A stretch of 64,000 nt of DNA from Bacteroidota bacterium (lineage in GTDB: Bacteria > Bacteroidota > Bacteroidia > NS11-12g > UBA955). Positions 9,239-15,922 of the stretch are shown here, piece after piece (position 1 is the first letter of the stretch; each line of letters opens with the position of its first letter). The stretch lies in contig JAZKEQ010000001.1 of assembly GCA_040386935.1 (NCBI GenBank), positions 62,232 through 126,231 on the forward strand, read 5' to 3'. The position numbers and the translations under genes are program-made. The notes beneath the pieces were generated by a model. The model made no database searches and had not been told where the DNA came from. It saw nothing but the letters and a program-made list of their open reading frames with translations.

Positions 9239-10681
9239 TTAAAACTGAAAATAAATGAACTGTTGTGGCGATGCACCAAAGTACAACAATGATAAAATGA
9301 GGATGTAATACAGGCTCCAGCGCACAGGGCGCCACCAATGTGTACCTGCTGCTGCCAGTGCATGGGGCTGATGGCGGGTGTGCCACTCGGCTGCTACAAA
9401 CAGTGCTACTAATAACAGTGTGAGCATGGCCGCTCCCCTGCCTTCAAATTGTGGAATGGTGAACAGTGATGATGAAAATATTTCTGAAAAATACTGCAGT
9501 GCATGGGGCATGCTGCTAGCCCTAAAAAACACCCAGGCAAGTGTGGTGAGTGTAAAGGTCAACAGTATGCTACCCAGGTGGCTGATGTTGGCAGGTGTGT
9601 TTGCTGCATCACTTTTTTGTTTTGAGGCCCACCATACAAAAGGGATAATAAAAAGGGCGTGCAGGGTTCCCCAAGCTATGAAGGTATAGTCTGCTCCATG
9701 CCATAGGCCGCTTAGTAGGAATACAATGCAAATGTTGCGAATGTGTTTTGCTTTGGTGCCGCGATTGCCGCCAAGGGGTATGTACACATAGTCGCGAAAC
9801 CAGGTGGAGAGGGAGATGTGCCAGCGCCTCCAAAACTCGACCATGGAGCGCGAGAAATAAGGTGTATTAAAATTGCGCATGAGCGAAAAGCCAAACAAGC
9901 GGGCTGTGCCTATGGCGATGTGTGAGTAGGCTGAAAAGTCGCCATAGATTTGAAATGAAAAAAAGAAGGCGCCTAGCAACAAGGTGCTGCCGCTGTACTG
10001 TGCTGAATTATTAAAAATCTGATTGGCATATATGGCGCAATTATCGGCTATTACTATTTTGGTGAACAGACCCCAGAGTATCTGCCGCATACCATCGGTG
10101 GCTGCTGTATAATCAAACTGTCGCTTGACATAAAACTGTGGCAGCAGGTGCGTGGCCCGCTCGATAGGACCGGCTACTAACTGCGGAAAGAAACTAACAA
10201 AGGCTGCAAAGGTGATGGGATTGCGGGTGGCAGTTAGCTGTTTGCGATACACATCGATGGTATAACTGAGCGACTGAAAGGTGTAAAAACTAATACCGAC
10301 TATTGGCAGTAATTTGATATGCAATGAATCAGCCGACATAGTAGCTCCAAAAAATGTGAAGGCTGTAACAAAACTATCGATAAAAAAATTACTGTATTTG
10401 AAAAATGCCAGAAAGCCGAGGTTAACCACTATGCTGAGTGTTAACAGCAGTTTGCGCGCTTTGATATTTTGCTGCTGTTGCAGTGCTACGCCTATGCCAT
10501 AATCCATAAGGGTGCAAAAGACTATGAGGGACAGAAAGCGCCAGTTCCACCAACCGTAAAACACATAGCTGGCGGCTACTATCAATGCATTTTGCAAGGC
10601 CAGATTTTTACCCACTACAAACCAATACAGTATGAATACTATTGGTAGAAATATGGCAAAGTCGATGGAGATAAAATGCAT
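9239..10681 (-). CDS. MBOAT-family membrane O-acyltransferase (AlgI/DltB-like)
   Basis: 480 aa, polytopic. SFYTFQSLSYTIDVYRK and WRRWHISLSTWFRDYVYIPLGGNR are the conserved AlgI/DltB blocks with the catalytic His. Confidence 0.9.
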   Translation of the reverse strand: MHFISIDFAIFLPIVFILYWFVVGKNLALQNALIVAASYVFYGWWNWRFLSLIVFCTLMDYGIGVALQQQQNIKARKLLLTLSIVVNLGFLAFFKYSNFFIDSFVTAFTFFGATMSADSLHIKLLPIVGISFYTFQSLSYTIDVYRKQLTATRNPITFAAFVSFFPQLVAGPIERATHLLPQFYVKRQFDYTAATDGMRQILWGLFTKIVIADNCAIYANQIFNNSAQYSGSTLLLGAFFFSFQIYGDFSAYSHIAIGTARLFGFSLMRNFNTPYFSRSMVEFWRRWHISLSTWFRDYVYIPLGGNRGTKAKHIRNICIVFLLSGLWHGADYTFIAWGTLHALFIIPFVWWASKQKSDAANTPANISHLGSILLTFTLTTLAWVFFRASSMPHALQYFSEIFSSSLFTIPQFEGRGAAMLTLLLVALFVAAEWHTRHQPHALAAAGTHWWRPVRWSLYYILILSLLYFGASPQQFIYFQF

Positions 10682-10941
10682 GAGGCGTATGTGTATTTAC
10701 TATTCTATTTTTTTATAAATGCGATAACGAGCAACTAAAACCGGAGAGAGAAAAACACGGATTATTTGAATCCACAATACGATAATGGAGGTGCGCAATA
10801 AGTAGCTATAACTGCGACACAAGCGCAATTAAATATAAGTTGGGCAGGTTTCCAAATCTGCCAATTAGAATAATAAGGAAGTTTAAAAAGTGAACAGTGC
10901 TTTTATAAAAAAAGCAATAGAAAAATGTGACGGGATTGGGC

Positions 10942-11130
10942 TTAGTCTTTTTTGCGACCCTGAAACTCGATGCTATCGATAACCGGAGGACCTTGTCCGC
11001 GCTTACCCCATCTGCGGGTATAAATGGTGATGAGGGCTGTGCGACCGGCCTTGTGCGGTCTTCTGGTTTTGGTAGCGGTGGCCTGGGAATCGGTAGCCAA
11101 GTGTGTTAGTTTTTTCAGTCGTTGCAGCAT
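10942..11130 (-). CDS. Small basic protein, paralog of 15182..15370 (unknown family)
   Basis: 62 codons, exactly the same length as its paralog. 19/62 residues are identical, including MxxxLKKL and LITIYTR. Synonymous differences at conserved codons support this reading frame. Confidence 0.5.
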   Translation of the reverse strand: MLQRLKKLTHLATDSQATATKTRRPHKAGRTALITIYTRRWGKRGQGPPVIDSIEFQGRKKD

Positions 11131-11308
11131 AAGTAGAACTAGTATTGCTCATAGGAACATGAACAATGTGTGTTTTCTAGGTGCAAATATACGGCTATTG
11201 ACGTTAAATTGGTGTAGCGCCAGGGTTTAGTTTGTGTTGTTTTTTCAACAGCTTGTGGATGATGAAGGCTGATAGATACAGTGTTGCCACTCAATCAAAA
11301 CAAGTAGC

Positions 11309-11716
11309 TCATTGTACTTTCTTTTCAACTCTTAATAACAATCCGGATACAATAGTTGTATAGCAATAAAACCAATTAAACTTCCATAGATTTTTATTAT
11401 CCAACAAATAGAATGTTACAAATAGCCCAAGTAGTACTGTGCCTATAACAATGCTTTTAATTCTTATTACTGAAACCTGACGCTTAATTAATGTAAAGTA
11501 AAGGACTAACACAATTATTCCCAATGGAATTGAATATAGCAACCCAAATAGAATAAATATAACATAAGTCGAAAGAAAATCCTTTAGACCTTCTATAAAC
11601 ATCACACGTTCTCCTTTTAACAATACACCTTCGAGCAGTAATAACAAGGGTGTTATCGTTAAAGTAGCCAGCCATAGCTTACCGGGATAGGATTTATTGT
11701 AAACGCTTTTGTTCAT
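11309..11716 (-). CDS. Small 4-TM membrane protein, tandem paralog 3 of 3
   Basis: MNKSVYNKSYPGKLWLATLTITPLLLL... I prefer the ATG at 11716 over the track's TTG at 11725, by alignment with the paralogs. Confidence 0.7.
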   Translation of the reverse strand: MNKSVYNKSYPGKLWLATLTITPLLLLLEGVLLKGERVMFIEGLKDFLSTYVIFILFGLLYSIPLGIIVLVLYFTLIKRQVSVIRIKSIVIGTVLLGLFVTFYLLDNKNLWKFNWFYCYTTIVSGLLLRVEKKVQ

Positions 11717-11721
11717 ATTTA

Positions 11722-12132
11722 TCAATTCTGATTTCGGGGACTCACTCTTAATAATAATCCGGCAACAATAGCAGTGAAGGAATATAAACTACTGAAGGTC
11801 CACTCAAACCCATTACTCATAATAAAGAATGTTACAAATATGCCAAGTACCACTGTACTGATTATAATACCTTTAATGATTAATGCCGACACTTCTCGTT
11901 CGATCAAGATAAAGTAAAGCACTATTACCACTATACCTACAGGTATAGAGCACATGATTTCAAAAGCAAGTACCAGACAATAAATACCAAGCAAACTCCC
12001 CAAACTACCTATCTCTTTACCATTTAACAATATACTTTCTACTAATAACAACAAGGGTGTTAGTGTTAAAGTTGCCAGCCATAGTTTGCCGGGATAGGCT
12101 TTATTGTAGATTTTAAAGTCGTTCATATTCAT
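11722..12132 (-). CDS. Small 4-TM membrane protein, tandem paralog 2 of 3
   Basis: M(NM)NDFKIYNKAYPGKLWLATLTLTPLLLL... The ATG at 12132 overlaps the upstream TGA (TGATG). ATG 12126 is an alternative start. Confidence 0.7.
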   Translation of the reverse strand: MNMNDFKIYNKAYPGKLWLATLTLTPLLLLVESILLNGKEIGSLGSLLGIYCLVLAFEIMCSIPVGIVVIVLYFILIEREVSALIIKGIIISTVVLGIFVTFFIMSNGFEWTFSSLYSFTAIVAGLLLRVSPRNQN

Positions 12133-12548
12133 CAATCTTGATTACGGGGACTGACTTTCAACAACAATCCAACGACAATGACAACACCTGAATACAAACT
12201 ACTGAAATACCATTCAAAAGTATTTGACATGAGATAAAATGTTATAAATATTCCCAATACTATTATACTGATCATTATTATTTTAACGACTTTGATAGTT
12301 ATTCCTAAATCAATCAAAATCCAATACAGCCCCAATGCTCCCACACATACAGGCAATGAAAATGGCATACTGATTAAAACAAAAAAGCTATAAACTTCAA
12401 AAAAGCCACCAAAGTCATGAAAATTTAATGCGCTGGCGGCATGTGTCAGCATATTTTGACCAATAAACAATAATGGGGTTATCACAAGAGTAAGTATCCA
12501 TAGCTTGGCTGCATAAAAATTATTGTAAACTTTAAAGTCGTTCATCAT
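12132..12548 (-). CDS. Small 4-TM membrane protein, tandem paralog 1 of 3
   Basis: MMNDFKVYNNFYAAKLWILTLVITPLLF... The ATG at 12548 overlaps the GNAT stop (TAATG). The track's 11-codon extension to 12581 would overlap the GNAT gene. Confidence 0.7.
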   Translation of the reverse strand: MMNDFKVYNNFYAAKLWILTLVITPLLFIGQNMLTHAASALNFHDFGGFFEVYSFFVLISMPFSLPVCVGALGLYWILIDLGITIKVVKIIMISIIVLGIFITFYLMSNTFEWYFSSLYSGVVIVVGLLLKVSPRNQD

Positions 12549-13063
12549 TAACTCTTGTCTAAATGCAAAGTGTACAACCAATATTTTTTACCGAATCGCA
12601 ATGGCAATTCGCTGAACACTGTAAAGCCTAAACTTTCGTAAATATGTCGGGCGGCATGCATCATTTCGGATGTGTGAAGGGCGATGATTTGTTCGTTAGT
12701 TGCCCTGGCGTAATCAACGCACTGCACCGTAAGCGCCCTTGCGATGCCCAACCCCTGATAGTCGGGGTGCACACTCACCATGCGGATATAACTCCACTCA
12801 TCGGGGAACACGTCCCAGGCATTGCCATGGGGAACATAAAACGACATACCTACAATAGTATCATTATGCTCGCACACAAAACAACGCGACTGTGCAACTA
12901 AGGCTTTGAACTTAGTATCATCATTCAATCCTGTTGACATCTTGGCCCAATCTTCTGCTCCCAATTCAGGTGCATATTGACTGAATGCTCTAACGCCCAA
13001 TTGTTTCAGTGCATCGTAATCACCGGGAACACTGAGTCGATATGTGAGTATTGGAGATGCCAT
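12548..13063 (-). CDS. GNAT-family N-acetyltransferase
   Basis: 171 aa. VSVHPDYQGLGIARAL is the Q/RxxGxG/A acetyl-CoA motif. Confidence 0.85.
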   Translation of the reverse strand: MASPILTYRLSVPGDYDALKQLGVRAFSQYAPELGAEDWAKMSTGLNDDTKFKALVAQSRCFVCEHNDTIVGMSFYVPHGNAWDVFPDEWSYIRMVSVHPDYQGLGIARALTVQCVDYARATNEQIIALHTSEMMHAARHIYESLGFTVFSELPLRFGKKYWLYTLHLDKS

Positions 13064-13076
13064 AATACTGTTAAAA

Positions 13077-13577
13077 TTATTTAAGCTGTTTTAAAAAATA
13101 TTGATGTGAATGAATGACTACTGCTGCATTGGTTAGTTCTTCGCAATTCAATTCTTTGGCGGATACATAGATGGTATCTTGTTTTAACTCATAAGTATTG
13201 AATCCAATTTTACTGAGGCCTGTGATACCACCATAGCCAACAGTACAACGCCCTTTTTCATAAACGATTAGTTCAATGTATCCGGGTGCTTCAGCTCTGT
13301 AAATACTGCCTATAGGCTTACCTAAAAAAATGCTTTCCGACCAATTGTTCAACATCATACTTACACATAACACACCTGAAGCAACACCCAATGACAAGGC
13401 CAACCACTGCTTACCTTTTACACAAATGTAAATAGCGGCTATAAAAACAGTGAACAAAACAAAATACAACAAGCTCAAAAATTGTATGGGCACATACTGC
13501 TGTAAAAACACTTCTGTAATTAAGACAAGTGCTATAATCGAAAAAACGATTGTTGCTATTCTTCCATTTGGTGTCAT
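13077..13577 (-). CDS. Hypothetical membrane protein
   Basis: 166 aa. Three N-terminal hydrophobic helices followed by a soluble tail. Confidence 0.6.
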   Translation of the reverse strand: MTPNGRIATIVFSIIALVLITEVFLQQYVPIQFLSLLYFVLFTVFIAAIYICVKGKQWLALSLGVASGVLCVSMMLNNWSESIFLGKPIGSIYRAEAPGYIELIVYEKGRCTVGYGGITGLSKIGFNTYELKQDTIYVSAKELNCEELTNAAVVIHSHQYFLKQLK

Positions 13578-14173
13578 TCAATAGTAGAATTATTTCTGTG
13601 TTTTCTCTTTTTTTCTTTGCTGAACATTTCCAAAAATTTTTGGGTTGGATGCGGAACCATCATTCTAAAGGTTTCCCATTCAGCAACTTCACCTCCTCCT
13701 GCTTGTTGAGGCAAACTGCTTGTATATTTTTGAATTATTCGATCTAAGGGAAATATCAAGGGTTCTCTATAAAGATCCCAGTGCGTAATTTTCAAACTGT
13801 CATTCTTAAACTTTATAACAACTGCATAATACCTTGTCAAACCACAGTGACTAAAATCTGATTCATCAATCATTGTATCTTTTTTGCTTATCATCTTTAC
13901 AATTAAGCTATCAATTCTTTTAAAAACTGAATCAGGCAAAATACCATAATTGACTCTTCTCCCCTTATCAGACATTACAAAAAAAGATTTATTGGAATCT
14001 AAAGCAAAACTATATTGCCCCATTCCACCTTCCATATCGAACCCCCCAAATGTAACTTCAAAATTTGTAAATCCGGGTTTATATACTTCCTTTACTTTAG
14101 CTTTTGGTGTGCAACTGAATAAAAAGCAACACAAAGTAATAAGCGCTATTTTTACTGTTACATGTATCGGCAT
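13574..14173 (-). CDS. Hypothetical lipoprotein
   Basis: 199 aa with lipobox CCFLFSC. 4-nt overlap with the downstream gene. Confidence 0.6.
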   Translation of the reverse strand: MPIHVTVKIALITLCCFLFSCTPKAKVKEVYKPGFTNFEVTFGGFDMEGGMGQYSFALDSNKSFFVMSDKGRRVNYGILPDSVFKRIDSLIVKMISKKDTMIDESDFSHCGLTRYYAVVIKFKNDSLKITHWDLYREPLIFPLDRIIQKYTSSLPQQAGGGEVAEWETFRMMVPHPTQKFLEMFSKEKKRKHRNNSTIE

Positions 14174-14442
14174 TATTTCACAAAAGCATTTTTTCTCAAT
14201 AACAATAAAACTATTCCTACGAAATTAATGCTCAAACCACCTATCAACAATTGAATATTTGTTTTGATATCGCGTTCGCGCTCTGTTAGAGTAGCAAAAA
14301 TCTCATCACTTTCAGCTGTTCTATACCATTGTTCATCAACAGACACCTTGAGGTCGATGTATTGCCCCAAAACCAGCCATATATAAACCGGTACAGATAA
14401 TACGAGAATGACCAGAATTGCATAATAGATTGTTTTATTCAT
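14173..14442 (-). CDS. Hypothetical 2-TM membrane protein
   Basis: 89 aa with hydrophobic N- and C-termini. 1-nt overlap with the next gene. Confidence 0.55.
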   Translation of the reverse strand: MNKTIYYAILVILVLSVPVYIWLVLGQYIDLKVSVDEQWYRTAESDEIFATLTERERDIKTNIQLLIGGLSINFVGIVLLLLRKNAFVK

Positions 14443-14452
14443 AGTGTGGTTT

Positions 14453-14932
14453 TTATTTATCTCTTCCTATAAAGCGCTGTTTACCTAACAAAAATTGTAT
14501 GGCACGGTTTATATTTTTTTCGAGTGAGGCTTCCGTTTTCATAAAGCTGATGTAACGGAGTATTTCTTTTTGACGCGATGGCGGCAATGCATCAAAGGCC
14601 GCTTTAGCTTCAGCATTTTCATTCAATGCTTTTTGTAAACGGGGGTGCATGGGCACAATGCGCGGCACGGCATCGTATTCAACCACAACATCGGCCATAT
14701 CGCCAACATCAATACCGGCTGCTTTGCGCATGGGCATATTGAGATACAAGCGCCATTTGCCGCTGTATTTAACCAAATTCTGTTCGTAAGGATGTCCGTT
14801 GAGTGTGCCTTTAATCTGAATAGCCCCTTTGTCTTTACCTGCCTGTTTGAAAATTTCGTTCAATACTTTAGCGGGCAACAACACATAGGGATTGACGCCT
14901 ATGATGAAAATTTTTGCGCTAAAGGATGGCAT
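14453..14932 (-). CDS. DUF1905 + YdeI/OmpD-associated family protein
   Basis: KGTLNGHPYEQNLVKYSGKWRLYLNMPMRKAAGIDVGDMADVVVE is DUF1905-like. PRLQKALNENAEAKAAFDALPPSRQKEILRYISFMKTEASLEKNINRAI is YdeI-like. I start at ATG 14932 (MPSFSAKIFI...); the track's upstream extension has no protein-like character. Confidence 0.8.
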   Translation of the reverse strand: MPSFSAKIFIIGVNPYVLLPAKVLNEIFKQAGKDKGAIQIKGTLNGHPYEQNLVKYSGKWRLYLNMPMRKAAGIDVGDMADVVVEYDAVPRIVPMHPRLQKALNENAEAKAAFDALPPSRQKEILRYISFMKTEASLEKNINRAIQFLLGKQRFIGRDK

Positions 14933-15181
14933 AACAGGTGGTAAAATATGACTGCTGAAATTTAGGGAATAAAAAACATTCGACCTACAGCTTTCGATAT
15001 ATGGCAAAAAATAAGGGAGGAGGGTAAGCCAACTACCCCGGACTGAAGCGGTACCCCGAAGCAGTGAAGGCATGTTCGGCTGAGAGGAAACATGGGCGAT
15101 TAGCATGAGCCACTGTTCTGATACAGCCGACTGACTGAACTGCGAGGCGTACAGCGAAAGGCCGGATAAGGTTCAAAAAAA
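14933..15181 (-). other. GC-rich structured spacer; candidate cis-regulatory RNA or ncRNA (class unknown, strand uncertain)
   Basis: 249-nt non-coding gap. 15041-15100 is 34/60 G+C in an AT-rich background. Nested complementarity: CATGTT 15071-76 / AACATG 15089-94, and TCGGCTG 15076-82 / CAGCCGA 15124-30, a pseudoknot-like arrangement. Confidence 0.3.
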
Positions 15182-15370
15182 TTACAACATTGTTTTATGC
15201 CCAATCTCAATCCTCTCAATAAAAAAGGAGCCTTGTTTGTGTTTCCTTTTTTTGCGGGTATAGATGGTGATGAGGGGCTGCTGCGCTTTTCTGGGAGTGT
15301 GATTATTGATATCCAAGCCATGTGGTCGACTTAGAAAAAAGGTTCCCAGTTTTTTTAATTGCTTAATCAT
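15182..15370 (-). CDS. Small basic protein, paralog of 10942..11130 (unknown family)
   Basis: 62 codons. MIKQLKKL...PLITIYTRKKRKHKQG...IERIEI. See the paralog entry at 10942..11130. Confidence 0.5.
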   Translation of the reverse strand: MIKQLKKLGTFFLSRPHGLDINNHTPRKAQQPLITIYTRKKRKHKQGSFFIERIEIGHKTML

Positions 15371-15850
15371 AACCAGTGGATGCTTATGCCGGGGACTCCG
15401 GTATAAATCATTGCGTTTTTTAGTTTACGCCATAGCAACACCGCGTTTTGGAATAGTAATGTGTTTTTCATAGTTTTAGTTTTATTATTTGGTCGTTTGT
15501 TGGGGCCATTCGCTAGTACTTCGCTTGGCTCCCAATATTGTTTCGTACGCCTTTGGATTATCCCTGTACCAAAACCTTGCCATATCTTCACCAAACAAAA
15601 TATTGCTGAAGTGAAATGCTTTTAAAATATTTCGAAACGGGGTAAAAACAAACATGGTTTTGAGTACTTAATCGGATTCGAAATTAGCTGTATGCAATGG
15701 ATGTGGCAATGGTTAAAACACCCATTTTAAAAGGTGTTTTTCCGGACCCCCACCGTGAAAACACGCAGCAGGGTTTTTAAAACTTTCAATCATCTCATTA
15801 TCTACAACTTAACTATTTTTTATATTTCCAAATAATACATATTATTTCCT

Positions 15851-15894
15851 TAAAAAAAGAAAAAGGCTCCGGCTTTTACGCTTCCGGAACCTTT
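15851..15894 (-). terminator. Rho-independent terminator of the T9SS-cargo operon
   Basis: Minus strand reads GGTTCCGG-aagcgtaaaa-GCCGGAGCC followed by TTTTTCTTTTTTT, about 30 nt after the stop at 15923. Confidence 0.6.
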
Positions 15895-15922
15895 TATAAA
15901 AACAAACACGATGCTTTCTTAT

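Noticed and set aside
14933-15106. N-terminal extension of the YdeI-like ORF (track start 15106) and the overlapping ORF 15100..15321
   Set aside because: The extension (MLIAHVSSQPNMPSLLRGTASVRG...) lies in the GC-rich structured spacer and has no resemblance to DUF1905 proteins, which begin near MPSFSAKIFI. ORF 15100..15321 is an alternative frame of the small conserved ORF.
14933-15181. Cobalamin riboswitch, SRP RNA, TPP riboswitch, RNase P or group II intron domain V
   Set aside because: There are partial look-alikes only: AAGGGAGGAGGGTAAGCC...CCCCGGACTGAAGC and GCCACTG for B12; GAAGCAGTGAAGGCA for SRP; CTGAGA for TPP; GAGGCGTAC..GAAA..GGTTC for domain V. Each lacks the rest of its consensus. 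The B12-like reading is on the plus strand, where there is no downstream gene.
15367-15594. 75-aa minus-strand ORF upstream of the small conserved ORF
   Set aside because: It has no protein-like features. Only its last 34 codons (ATG 15471, ATGA-coupled to the 15370 start) might be a uORF, and I found no equivalent upstream of the paralog at 11130.
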